A DNA stretch of 64,000 bases, from positions 1 through 64,000 of the IMG/VR virus record IMGVR_UViG_2841255697_000002; one strand, 5' to 3'. The notes under the pieces were generated by a model. That model was not told where the DNA came from and did not search any database. It worked only from the letters and a program-made list of their open reading frames with translations. This stretch comes from a virus. Lineage: Duplodnaviria > Caudoviricetes. This document shows positions 21,642-31,075 of this stretch, one piece after another (position 1 is the stretch's first letter; each line of letters starts with the position of its first letter). The position numbers and the translations under genes are program-made.

Positions 21642-21717
21642 AAAAGCTCCTTTCCGTTTTGGTTTCCTTCCATGGCATCAGGGGGACAATGCCACCCCTG
21701 TCTGCCAATATTTAGCA

Positions 21718-22662
21718 TTAACCAGTTACTTCTATAACGAAAAGCCCGGTTGGCTTTGTGACGCAGTAGCCAATTTCCTTGTCGATCCGGCAAGACCAGC
21801 TCTTGTCATCAATTTTGGTTTCCTGCATGACTTCACTATCCCCATAGGTAGCGGCATAGCCGATCTTGTTACCAGCCAGGAATAACTTGTCCGTCGGCAC
21901 AATTGATTTCTGGGTCACAGGATCAAGAATTTCAGGTAAGTAGAGGATATCGCAGCCACGATAGCGGCCTAACAGACCCCTGTCTCGAATTTCATTGTAC
22001 AGCGATTCACAGGAATCAAAACCGGCGAACCCTTCAATTTTAGTACACAGGTCAAAGTCACCGATAATGGTTGGCGCGCCGCCAGTCTTCTTACGGAGAT
22101 AATTGATCGCCTTGTCCAAAGTAGCCTTGTCTAAAGCAGAAACCGCTTCATAATTGTTTTTATTAGAGGTTTCATTGTAGGTCTGAGCCAGAACTTCATA
22201 GACCTTATGGTAGATTTCCATTTCAATGGCATCTCGGCCATCACGGATCAGGTGTGCCAGGGAATCCAGACGGCCTGTTTTCAGTTCAGACAGTAAGCAT
22301 TCAGGTCTTACGCCTAAGCCTTCAAACTGCATGGTGATTTCAGTTTCGTAGTTACGGGACATTGGCACGTATGCGTTTGGAGCAGTCCAATAAGCTTTAA
22401 CGCCCTTCTTGTGGGTTTTAAAGAGGGGATTGTCACCATAATTGAAATGCTTGGTTTCAAAAATCTTTGGAGAAATATCAAAGGTATTGTAGCTGTCTTC
22501 AAGGGACATCTTAACAACCTCGGCAATTTCCTCACGACCCTGTTCAGTTCTTGCCAGTTTTGCAATCATCTGAGTCGCCTGTTTTACTTTTACGTCATTG
22601 CGGCTAATATCACCGCGTTCGATCTTTTCTGCTAATGCAATAATATTTTTTACTTCGCTCAT
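21718..22662 (-). CDS. major capsid protein
   Basis: 314 aa after decoration and protease genes; TIIGDF, GLLGRYRG, IVPTDKLF, EIGY.V motifs of HK97-fold capsids; strong RBS. Confidence 0.8.
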   Translation of the reverse strand: MSEVKNIIALAEKIERGDISRNDVKVKQATQMIAKLARTEQGREEIAEVVKMSLEDSYNTFDISPKIFETKHFNYGDNPLFKTHKKGVKAYWTAPNAYVPMSRNYETEITMQFEGLGVRPECLLSELKTGRLDSLAHLIRDGRDAIEMEIYHKVYEVLAQTYNETSNKNNYEAVSALDKATLDKAINYLRKKTGGAPTIIGDFDLCTKIEGFAGFDSCESLYNEIRDRGLLGRYRGCDILYLPEILDPVTQKSIVPTDKLFLAGNKIGYAATYGDSEVMQETKIDDKSWSCRIDKEIGYCVTKPTGLFVIEVTG

Positions 22663-22673
22663 TTATTCACCTC

Positions 22674-23129
22674 CTACAGCACTTTCACAGTGACCATTGC
22701 TTCTTCATAGCCACCCATTGCAGGAGTTACAGCAATCACCTCAAAGAGAGCAGTGTCACTTTCACTGCATTTGACAATCATGCCTTCTTTCCCGGAAGCA
22801 ACAGAAACCGTACATTTATCACCCATGACAAGTTCGCCGTCAAATTCAGTGGTTGCCCATTCTTCATTGGGTACAAGGGTATAGCATACGGCGCGGACAC
22901 CTGCTTCAATATTGTCGTACTTGCTTTCTTTGTATACGTCTTCATCTATACGCAGAGTAATAAAGCCATAGAGATCATTTAAGTCAGCGGCTGCCTTTGG
23001 CAGGGCTAAGGCATATTCTGTTTTTTCAGTATTTAATTTGCGGCAGACAGCCCGGCCTTTACGGATCACTTCATCAGTTTTCATCAGACCGTCCGGGATG
23101 CTCGCAATTGTTCTTCGTCTTTGTAACAT
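22674..23129 (-). CDS. putative capsid decoration/cement protein
   Basis: Small beta-rich protein between scaffold and capsid genes. Confidence 0.5.
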   Translation of the reverse strand: MLQRRRTIASIPDGLMKTDEVIRKGRAVCRKLNTEKTEYALALPKAAADLNDLYGFITLRIDEDVYKESKYDNIEAGVRAVCYTLVPNEEWATTEFDGELVMGDKCTVSVASGKEGMIVKCSESDTALFEVIAVTPAMGGYEEAMVTVKVL

Positions 23130-23140
23130 TCACATTCCTC

Positions 23141-24238
23141 CTATACTAATTCTTTCATCACGTCAAAAAGAGCCTTTGCAGATTCAACCATCATAGATGT
23201 CTCAAATACAGGCACACCAAAGGTTTCAGCGGTTTCAGTTTTGGTATCGGCCTTTTTTGCTTCAGAAGCGTCCATTGCCTGTTCTAAAACATCCGCATAT
23301 TCTTCTTTGGTCATGGAGCCAAGTTCTTCGGCTGTTTTTTCGGCATACTCAAATTTCTGGAGCCGTTTTAAACGATTTTCACCAATTGCCTTCTGTTCAG
23401 AAGCAATAACCTGGGTCTTGTAAGGCTCAAGCTTTTCAACCTTTAACTTCAGTTCTGCAACCTCTTCAGTAAGCGCTTCAATGCGGTTGTCTTTTTCGGC
23501 CACTTCATTCGTTTTCGTTTCCAAACCAGAGTCCGTAACCGCCTTTTCAGCGACTAAGGTTTCGTGTTCAGTTTTTAATTCGTTATAAGCTTTTTCGAAA
23601 TCCAATTCTTTTCCTCCTTTTTCTTGTTCTGCAACTTCCAGACTATATGAATTCTGGAACGCAGGATTTTTCACGATTGCCAAACCCGTGAAATGTATGG
23701 CAGTACAGTATTTAACACCATCCTCACCAATATTACAGTCCATTGTCCCTTCCATGCTGAACTTCAGCTCACCACGACGATGTAAATCCTCAAGGACACT
23801 GGCAATCTCATATAAATAATGTTTGTAAACCACAATTTTACAGATAATTCGGAGTTCTCCCTCCGGGGGAATATCTTCATGGGGCATATAGGCAACATTC
23901 TCAATTTCATCCCCTTTGACAAGCACTGGATATGCTTCGACAATGTGTCCCACAGCTTTTCGTTTGTCATTATCAAATGTCCGTTTCACAAAATCAAAAC
24001 CATGCCCGGTTGGGTATAAATTGTTATCCGTCACAATCACCAGCGGCTTTTCAATAAAACTGGGATATGCCCGCAATAGAATCTCACGATTAAAATATGT
24101 TCCATTCAGATTCAGACCCTCATGTGTGGCGAAACAGGTAATGTGCATTAAATCCAGATCTTCGACCGATCCGATTTCAATTTGATTCACCTCATCTAAG
24201 AGTTCAATATCTAAACTTTTCATGTTTTCACTTTCCAA
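23141..24238 (-). CDS. prohead protease/scaffold protein
   Basis: HEGLNLNG..F, KP.V, GH, FSME (candidate catalytic Ser), FTGLAIV.NPAF, then acidic coiled-coil scaffold. Confidence 0.75.
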   Translation of the reverse strand: MESENMKSLDIELLDEVNQIEIGSVEDLDLMHITCFATHEGLNLNGTYFNREILLRAYPSFIEKPLVIVTDNNLYPTGHGFDFVKRTFDNDKRKAVGHIVEAYPVLVKGDEIENVAYMPHEDIPPEGELRIICKIVVYKHYLYEIASVLEDLHRRGELKFSMEGTMDCNIGEDGVKYCTAIHFTGLAIVKNPAFQNSYSLEVAEQEKGGKELDFEKAYNELKTEHETLVAEKAVTDSGLETKTNEVAEKDNRIEALTEEVAELKLKVEKLEPYKTQVIASEQKAIGENRLKRLQKFEYAEKTAEELGSMTKEEYADVLEQAMDASEAKKADTKTETAETFGVPVFETSMMVESAKALFDVMKELV

Positions 24239-24272
24239 TATTTCACCACCTCACGTTTCAAATCTAACCCTT

Positions 24273-24289
24273 TCACTAATATAGTGAGG
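24273..24289 (-). promoter_or_regulatory. candidate late promoter/operator motif, copy 1
   Basis: TCACTAATATAGTGAGG (plus strand), quasi-palindromic; 16/17 match at 30100-30116; upstream of the protease gene. Confidence 0.55.
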
Positions 24290-24338
24290 AAAAACGGGAA
24301 AAGTGGAATAAAAAAGTTGAAAATATTTTTATTTTTGT

Positions 24339-25814
24339 TTATTTACTTCTATTTGTGCCTTTTAATCCAGTTCTGGGCTGTTTATTATTGCTGGATGTTT
24401 TATCACTTTTTCTTTCAGACACCTTCTTTTTTGGTGCACCGCCTTCATCTGCTTTTTCAGAATCCTCGTTGCCTTCGGTCTCTTGTTGTCCCTGGAACGG
24501 CATTGAATGGATTTTGAAAGTTTCATCCATATCCTGCTCATTCTCATCTTCACGGATCAGCTTCAGTGAATCAAAATCCATACCACAGCCTTCGTATAAG
24601 ACTTTGTAAGGAAGTCCGGCGTTTTGAAACAATTCCATCAGTAGCGACGTTTTGGCTTCAGGATCAATGACCACATCCTCAAATGACAATGTCGGTGCAT
24701 GATCCGGGTTCAGTCCTTTCCGCTTAAGTTCATTTCGATAGAGATCATGGACAATGCAAGGGATATGACGGCGAATTCCTTCAATGGTTCTTGTCAAACC
24801 CGTAAAATTCAGCATCCCTTCGGCATAATTGCCACCGCCTTCACCACGGATCAAAGTAAGGCTCACACCAAGTGTATTCAAAATATCCGTATCAATTTCG
24901 ATAAATTTGTCAGCACCAAAGATATCGGTCTTGGGTTCGATCCAGTCCATCAAAACATAGTAGGGAGTAGTAACACGAAGCGATCCGCTCTTGCCAGCGA
25001 ATAATTGGTCATAGTCTTGCAGCAGCTGTTTTGTCGGCTTGTTATCAGCGTCCCCAACCTTGATCTGTAAAATCTTATCAATAATATCGTTGGCAGTAGA
25101 TTTCTCAGCCTCCTTCAAAAGACTTTTATGGGACAAGTCCTCGAACGCCGGTAAAATGACGGAAACACCATAGGGTTCATATTGGCTGGCATTCACCTTG
25201 GCAAAATAAGCGTTATTCTCGTCAAGAACGGCATATTCATCTCCGTGTTTCATAGCTTCCAGAATTTCCTGCGGATAAGCCTTCTCAATTTCCGCATCAA
25301 TATCCTTACCAAAACTGTCAAGGGAGATGGTCTGCTGCTCAACCTTATAAGCAATGACTTGCTTATTGTTCTTAATTAAGGGCACAACCTTAATCTGGTT
25401 AATGGGATAAATATCAATCCGAAAGCCATCACGGTCATAAAGCGCCACATTTCCAGTTAAAGCGAGTTCAAAAATAACGTCTCGAATCAGCTGCTCAAGA
25501 TCAATTTGCTCATTAAAGGCAGCAATCACCTCTTGCACCTTTTTCCCCTTAGTAGGGTAATTCAGACGGTGGCCACTGGCCCCAAAGTCGCGGATAATAT
25601 TCACGACACGCATGATAATGCCGTGCTTGCGGTAGCAATACTTCGAATAAGCCACAATATTTTCAATGTTGTCCTGCGGATTATTAAAGATGGCCTCCAG
25701 GTCTGTTCCAGAGGGAGAGCCATCCACGTTAAAATTTTTGGTAAAATGAGTGGAGTAAGCACTTTTCATCGTGCCTACAGCCCCCACAACAATTTCATTT
25801 TTTTGTTCTGACAT
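24339..25814 (-). CDS. portal protein
   Basis: 491 aa directly after TerL; LALTGNV.LY, YEPYG.S...P..EDL motifs; acidic then basic tail. Confidence 0.75.
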   Translation of the reverse strand: MSEQKNEIVVGAVGTMKSAYSTHFTKNFNVDGSPSGTDLEAIFNNPQDNIENIVAYSKYCYRKHGIIMRVVNIIRDFGASGHRLNYPTKGKKVQEVIAAFNEQIDLEQLIRDVIFELALTGNVALYDRDGFRIDIYPINQIKVVPLIKNNKQVIAYKVEQQTISLDSFGKDIDAEIEKAYPQEILEAMKHGDEYAVLDENNAYFAKVNASQYEPYGVSVILPAFEDLSHKSLLKEAEKSTANDIIDKILQIKVGDADNKPTKQLLQDYDQLFAGKSGSLRVTTPYYVLMDWIEPKTDIFGADKFIEIDTDILNTLGVSLTLIRGEGGGNYAEGMLNFTGLTRTIEGIRRHIPCIVHDLYRNELKRKGLNPDHAPTLSFEDVVIDPEAKTSLLMELFQNAGLPYKVLYEGCGMDFDSLKLIREDENEQDMDETFKIHSMPFQGQQETEGNEDSEKADEGGAPKKKVSERKSDKTSSNNKQPRTGLKGTNRSK

Positions 25815-25822
25815 ATAACCTC

Positions 25823-27436
25823 CTAACGTCTATGGACAAGCGGTGCAATGAGTTGACTTTCTTCCTTGTTGAACTTTTCGTCAGCCAACAGCTGTATCCC
25901 GTATAAGCCCATTCCCATCGCAGACCAGCGGTCTTTTCGTTTGGACGTTGTTTTAAATTGCATCCAGCCTCCGCTTGTCCCTTTTGTTTCAATACTTAAG
26001 ATTTCTTTTCGTGCGTCTTCAGATTCTAAAAGTAGTACAGACTCTTCGCTCGAAAGATCCCTTTTTTCTTCAACCTTCATGGGGTACATGTGTAACCAGT
26101 TTTTCTCAACAAAAACCTTTACGGCAAATCCGAAACGATGGTTTAACTCAACGCATGGTTTCAATCCATATATAATCGGTACGCCATTTGTCGTATCGAT
26201 CCTTTTCATTGCCGTTTCGTCATTACGATCAATAAGTGGTGGATACCACTTTTGTTCTTCTACGGAAAAGTAATCCTTTGCAAGTTCATCCGCAAGGGCA
26301 GTACCGATAGTCATTGTATCCATATAAATATCGGTTATTTGTGGAAATTTCATTAAAATACCCCTTACGTTGCAAGCCTGTTTTCCAAATTCCATACCAT
26401 TAAGCGAACGAATGTAGACAAGATCAGCCTCAACATGCTGGGAAAACCAGTGGAGCTTAAAGACGTAAATGATCGTATTATCTTGTCCTTCAGAACGTGC
26501 AACGTCAACAGACATAATATATTGAAAGTTTGCAATACCTTTTGTTTCAATATGATCAAGATCAGCGCAATTTTGAAGAAGATTAAAATCAATAAACGCA
26601 CCTTCGGCAAGCTTAGGAAATTCGGCTAAATATTCTTGTTGGAATTGGAAATCAGACATAACAGCTCTTTGTTGCTTAACAATTTCCTCGTCAAAAAGTT
26701 GACATCGAATACCAGTACGGTAATCAAGATCCATGGCAAAATATTGAGTATTGTTAGGCTCTGCCATTCGCTTAAAATAATCAACCATTAATTCATAAAG
26801 ATGATTGAAGCGATAAGATGCAGTCGAACACATTAACACTTTATTTCCTTCGTAGTCATCCATGTTTTTTCCAACTTCATAGTCACGTCTGCAAATTAAC
26901 ATTGGCTTAATAACGGCATCAATGATATCTTTATCGACATATGCGGCTTCATCAATGAGCACAATGTGAAGACGCGCGCCTCTTACACGTGCACCATCTG
27001 AACCGATTGGAAACCCTTCAATCCAAGAGCCACAATAAAATTCGACTTTTGCCCGCTGGGTGCTACAAACGAAATCAGACACTTCGGCGGCTAACGCAGG
27101 AGACATGTTACAAAGCTCATCATGAAATTTTTCCTGAATATCAATTTTGGCCTGTCTAAAAGCTGGCGCAATAATACCAGCTTTTGTTCCGGGATATAGA
27201 AGGCAATAAACAACTAGACAGAGCACACCCATAAAAGATTTACCGAGTCCACGGCTCATAACAATGTTGGAAAAAGAGAAACGGAAAAAAGCGCGAATGA
27301 TAACTTTTTGATAAATGTTAAGAGAAATACCAAGATATTCTTCACAAAAAACATCAGGATACTGACGGTAATAGCTAACACTTTCTAAGTAAAGTCTTTT
27401 TTTATTTCTGACAGCTTTTGAATCTTCAACACTCAT
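25823..27436 (-). CDS. terL: terminase large subunit
   Basis: Walker A-like SRGLGKS, GARVRGAR, Walker B IVLIDEAA, nuclease SVDVAR, IYMD and KDRWSA motifs. Confidence 0.92.
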   Translation of the reverse strand: MSVEDSKAVRNKKRLYLESVSYYRQYPDVFCEEYLGISLNIYQKVIIRAFFRFSFSNIVMSRGLGKSFMGVLCLVVYCLLYPGTKAGIIAPAFRQAKIDIQEKFHDELCNMSPALAAEVSDFVCSTQRAKVEFYCGSWIEGFPIGSDGARVRGARLHIVLIDEAAYVDKDIIDAVIKPMLICRRDYEVGKNMDDYEGNKVLMCSTASYRFNHLYELMVDYFKRMAEPNNTQYFAMDLDYRTGIRCQLFDEEIVKQQRAVMSDFQFQQEYLAEFPKLAEGAFIDFNLLQNCADLDHIETKGIANFQYIMSVDVARSEGQDNTIIYVFKLHWFSQHVEADLVYIRSLNGMEFGKQACNVRGILMKFPQITDIYMDTMTIGTALADELAKDYFSVEEQKWYPPLIDRNDETAMKRIDTTNGVPIIYGLKPCVELNHRFGFAVKVFVEKNWLHMYPMKVEEKRDLSSEESVLLLESEDARKEILSIETKGTSGGWMQFKTTSKRKDRWSAMGMGLYGIQLLADEKFNKEESQLIAPLVHRR

Positions 27437-28269
27437 ACAGCCACCTCATCAGCAAAATGCCATTTATACCCGTATGCATGTTTATGTTTTCCAAGACATA
27501 CGCTGCTGATATTTGAACTTGAAGATGCCCCAACTGAAACAGCAGCGTCTTTAATGCTTTTGTGGTATGCAATAATCAAATTACTGTCAAGATCAATTTG
27601 ATAAACTGGACGTACCCTCTTCTTTTCTTTTTTCATGGCTTCAACAATGTCTTCAGAATAATCTTTTTCAAAGACCCAACGATAACCTTTTACACTTTTG
27701 CATTTGCCATAACAGGATTTTGAAATATTTGCAGCGCATGAACCAACGGTTTGTGCTGCTTCATGAACAGATGAAAATTTATTGATAATTGAAAAATCAT
27801 CTTTATTAAGCTGCAAAACAGCCTTTTTATAGTTAGAATGAGATTCGGAAAGTTTTTTCCTTGTTTCCTCACTCCAATGGACACCATAGTTAGGATGGTT
27901 TATACCGTTGAACCTGCCTACCAATGAGTCGGAAATTTTCTTCTTTGTTTGTTCAGACCAAACCTCACCATATGTTCCACCTAATTGTATATTGTAACCG
28001 TGGCTCGGATCGGTGGATTTATAAAGAGCAATGTATTCGCGTTCCTTTTTCTCGGCATCTTCAAAAGACAAACCTTCTTCTAAAACAGTCTGTTTAAAAG
28101 CATCCCACCCATAAATATCGATGTCAGCTCGTAGACTTTTATTTGAATAAGATTTTCCCCGCTTCCAACGTTGGGATAAGGGCATCGATGTCATTCCAAT
28201 ATAACGAAGACCCGTTGGACTTTCGAGCATATAAATTTTAAATTTTCTATTTTTATTAACTTTTCCTAT
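27433..28269 (-). CDS. free-standing GIY-YIG homing endonuclease with NUMOD3 and two NUMOD1-like domains
   Basis: KIYML...RYIGMT..L.QRW, GYNI..GG, SEETRKKLS, two F/H.S...AA..VG....NIS..C.GK.K...GY.W repeats; start probably ATA 28269 (AGGAGG 8 nt upstream) rather than ATG 28290. Confidence 0.85.
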   Translation of the reverse strand: MGKVNKNRKFKIYMLESPTGLRYIGMTSMPLSQRWKRGKSYSNKSLRADIDIYGWDAFKQTVLEEGLSFEDAEKKEREYIALYKSTDPSHGYNIQLGGTYGEVWSEQTKKKISDSLVGRFNGINHPNYGVHWSEETRKKLSESHSNYKKAVLQLNKDDFSIINKFSSVHEAAQTVGSCAANISKSCYGKCKSVKGYRWVFEKDYSEDIVEAMKKEKKRVRPVYQIDLDSNLIIAYHKSIKDAAVSVGASSSSNISSVCLGKHKHAYGYKWHFADEVAV

Positions 28270-29105
28270 GACAACATCCTCCTTGCACATTCAATATAAT
28301 TGTCCATTAGCGCATCGATTTCATCCTTATCGTATTCACGTTTAGGTGGAATAAATTCACCATCTTTAACCAGTTTGTCCATCCAGACAGTAAATTTTGA
28401 TTGAGCAAACTCATCCCGTGCAGAGCGCTGTTTCTTAGTCCACTTCATACTTTCCAAGGTGCTTTGGATCAGTTCGGAGATCTTCTTTTCATCGTTAATA
28501 TTGACCTCCTTGCCCTTTGCCCGACAAGTATCAATGCGATGCGCTTCAATCTCCAATGAGAGCAGACGCTTTAGAGAAGTTCGGTCAGCGCCCTCATTTA
28601 TTTCATACAGATCCATATAGACCGCATAACGTCTGCGCAGGAACTCTCGCTCCAGTGGGCTAAACATATCGATCCAGGATAAGATTTCGTTGGCATATTT
28701 GTTTTCACCATCCTCACCGGCACTGTTCTGAAAATACTGTTTATAGATATCGTCCTGCTCACCCGATAAAGCGGTTCTTCTTAAAATATCCTCACCAATC
28801 TTCTTGTAACAGGGGAGGGAGATCAATTTAAAATACTGGCTTACCGGATCTTTTATAGCGTTTCCTCTGGGAAGTACTTTTTTTCGTTCTTCAGTGCCAT
28901 CAGGATTTATCACAATCTCATATTTTTCAGGGGTTTCCTTTGTTTTATTGGCCTCAGCTTTCTCAACCGCCTTTGTCCAGCATTCTTCAACAAACGGAAG
29001 CTCAGAATCTGGGTGGGCCAGCAGATAAGTCATTAAATCCTCTTTTGTCTTTATATCGTCTGGACGATTCCGGCGGTTAGCAGTTTTCTTTTTTCTTTCC
29101 GCCAA
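28266..29105 (-). CDS. putative terminase small subunit
   Basis: Upstream of TerL; helical C-half; TTG start behind AAAGGA; assignment by synteny. Confidence 0.45.
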   Translation of the reverse strand: MAERKKKTANRRNRPDDIKTKEDLMTYLLAHPDSELPFVEECWTKAVEKAEANKTKETPEKYEIVINPDGTEERKKVLPRGNAIKDPVSQYFKLISLPCYKKIGEDILRRTALSGEQDDIYKQYFQNSAGEDGENKYANEILSWIDMFSPLEREFLRRRYAVYMDLYEINEGADRTSLKRLLSLEIEAHRIDTCRAKGKEVNINDEKKISELIQSTLESMKWTKKQRSARDEFAQSKFTVWMDKLVKDGEFIPPKREYDKDEIDALMDNYIECARRMLS

Positions 29106-29130
29106 TATATCACATCCTTTCTTTTGGTAT

Positions 29131-29152
29131 TAAAAAAAGACCTTAGTGGTCT
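29131..29152 (-). terminator. probable intrinsic terminator
   Basis: Minus strand AAGACC-actaa-GGTCTT followed by a T run. Confidence 0.5.
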
Positions 29153-30078
29153 TAGTTTAGGCAATAAATTTTTGAAGCGTTCACATCAAACTGTCTTTCG
29201 TTGAACACGGCAATGGCGTATCCGGGATTTTGAGGGGTATATCCAAGCTTTCCCCCTGATGCGTAAGGCATATCTTTTGCGAGACACCCGATCTCATAGC
29301 ACCATTTGTTTAAATTCGGCAGTTTTTCGATAATTTTGTGCGTATGGCCGATCATAACCGCATTAAAAACAAATCCGTTTCTGGTAAAATACTCACAGGC
29401 GTTTGATACGGTTCGGCCTGGGATTTTTGAAAAGCCACTTGGATGTGCGATAATCAAGTCATTAAGCTGCATATGCCACTGATCAATGACCTCATAGTCT
29501 AAACCAGAATAGACAGTTGTCTGACCAAGCCGATGGTCGTGTTTTTGAAAACCACCGATAATCTCCTGTAAAATATTCGAACTATGAAGCGGATTCAGAC
29601 TATTATCATAGGTTGCCAGGTATTTCACGAATCGTTCTTCATGGTTACCATAAATCACATAACGCTTTACGCCAGGGGTTAAATCCTCGATAGCCTTTAA
29701 AACAGAATGCGCAATCACCATTTCATCAATCAATGGAATTTTGCCAAGCTCTTTGAATTTTGAAATACTTTCACAGTCTACACAATCACCAGCGATAACA
29801 AGTGTGTCAATCTCCTTTGCGTGTGATTTGACAATCTCCAGAATGTCATCCCGATGATAGGGAATATGTAAGTCTGACAAAATCAGACATTTTTCTTGTG
29901 TGTTATCCTTTTTGGACTTCCTAGGTTTAGACCGTTTAATAATCTTTCGAATACAATCATCCGTTACCATGATATTATACTGCCCATGGACATAGAGAGA
30001 AATCTCGTGATAAGAGAACCCAGCCTCCCCAAGTTCCAGAATCTCCTTGCGCTGTTCATCATTAAAATTCTTTTTCAA
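29152..30078 (-). CDS. calcineurin-like metallophosphoesterase with N-terminal HTH-like segment
   Basis: SDLHIP, GDCVD, GNHEER, H and GHTH motifs. Confidence 0.88.
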   Translation of the reverse strand: MKKNFNDEQRKEILELGEAGFSYHEISLYVHGQYNIMVTDDCIRKIIKRSKPRKSKKDNTQEKCLILSDLHIPYHRDDILEIVKSHAKEIDTLVIAGDCVDCESISKFKELGKIPLIDEMVIAHSVLKAIEDLTPGVKRYVIYGNHEERFVKYLATYDNSLNPLHSSNILQEIIGGFQKHDHRLGQTTVYSGLDYEVIDQWHMQLNDLIIAHPSGFSKIPGRTVSNACEYFTRNGFVFNAVMIGHTHKIIEKLPNLNKWCYEIGCLAKDMPYASGGKLGYTPQNPGYAIAVFNERQFDVNASKIYCLN

Positions 30079-30099
30079 TCAATCATCCTTTCATACCTC

Positions 30100-30116
30100 T
30101 CACTAATATTGTGAGG
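30100..30116 (-). promoter_or_regulatory. candidate late promoter/operator motif, copy 2
   Basis: TCACTAATATTGTGAGG upstream of the metallophosphoesterase gene. Confidence 0.55.
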
Positions 30117-30151
30117 GAATTTGTATTTTTTGGCGTATTTTTCTCAAGATT

Positions 30152-30481
30152 TTATGAAAATTCTTCATATTCGTCGTTAATTTCACAAAAATTAATTTCA
30201 TTTTCACGAATCATGCGTTCAGACCATTCCGTAATGACACCATCTTTTTTCGAAACGTCTATAGCATTCAACAGATATTGTCCCAGCATATCGAGAAGCT
30301 TCTCAACATTGTTCCCATGCTCGTCATTTTTACTGACCGGCAGGGAATAAGTGAAATGATCTGGATATGCAGCGATCAGTTCCTCGCACAAGGCTTTTCT
30401 TTCCTCAAGTGTGTACGAATATGGAAGAACATGTTTTTCACCATTAATATATATATAATTATCCGTCAGCTTCAGTTTCAT
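30152..30481 (-). CDS. hypothetical protein
   Basis: ATG at 30481 overlaps the upstream stop (ATGA); LEERK..C..L and LD.LG.YLL motifs. Confidence 0.55.
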   Translation of the reverse strand: MKLKLTDNYIYINGEKHVLPYSYTLEERKALCEELIAAYPDHFTYSLPVSKNDEHGNNVEKLLDMLGQYLLNAIDVSKKDGVITEWSERMIRENEINFCEINDEYEEFS

Positions 30482-30822
30482 CCCTCCTTTACATAATATG
30501 ATATAGTTCTGCACGCTTGAAAAACGCATTGGCGCACCGTCCGTGACGATACATGTTCGATTTTAGCAATTGCCTTGTCGGAATAGCCGAGCATCCAATA
30601 GTAAAGACGTACACGCTGCCTGTCAGTAAGAAAAGCGTCATCAATCGCTTCTTCAAGGCAATAGATCAATAGCAGTACATCAGTATTATCGGTCTGTTCA
30701 GCGAGAGATTTGATGGTATAGAAATTATGGAAAACCCGTTTAAGGTGAGTTGGATTTTGACAATAAGAATAGAAGTCGATTACATTTGATGGCTTATAAG
30801 ATAACCGATTACGCTTTTTAAT
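30478..30822 (-). CDS. sigma-70 region 4-like HTH regulator (candidate late activator)
   Basis: LTDRQR..L..W.LGYS...IA.I..VS.RTV; frame open upstream to an ATT codon 6 nt from AGGAGGT. Confidence 0.7.
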   Translation of the reverse strand: MKKRNRLSYKPSNVIDFYSYCQNPTHLKRVFHNFYTIKSLAEQTDNTDVLLLIYCLEEAIDDAFLTDRQRVRLYYWMLGYSDKAIAKIEHVSSRTVRQCVFQACRTISYYVKEG

Positions 30823-30923
30823 AATAGTACCTCCTAAAGAAAAGTAAAATATAGAGAAGAAAAAATTAGAAATAAAAATGTATAGTAAGGAAAAGTTATG
30901 GATTCAATTTGTTTATACCATAA

Positions 30924-30952
30924 ATTATACCACAAAAGCAACTTTATGTCAA
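30924..30952 (-). promoter_or_regulatory. consensus sigma-A promoter, leftward
   Basis: TTGACA-17 nt-TATAAT with TG extension. Confidence 0.85.
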
Positions 30953-31002
30953 TAAAAATAAACAGAGTTGCCAAGAAAGAAGAAAAATGATTTAATCGAG
31001 AA

Positions 31003-31031
31003 TTGACATTCTGTAAAGTATATGATATAAT
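31003..31031 (+). promoter_or_regulatory. consensus sigma-A promoter, rightward
   Basis: TTGACA-17 nt-TATAAT with TG extension. Confidence 0.85.
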
Positions 31032-31075
31032 TTATGGTATAAAGCGACTAAAAAAACAAAGATAAGGAGTCTAAA

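Larger units (their letters stand above)
30912..31043. repeat. 18-bp perfect inverted repeat overlapping both -10 boxes
   Basis: TTTATACCATAAATTATA (30912-30929) and TATAATTTATGGTATAAA (31026-31043). Confidence 0.85.

Noticed and set aside
25823-28290. Group I intron or intein in terminase
   Set aside because: TerL is continuous with all motifs and normal length; no non-coding flanks around the endonuclease
52-30496. Numerous 60-135 aa plus-strand ORFs opposite the structural genes
   Set aside because: Antisense shadows of long minus-strand genes, without RBS or recognisable motifs
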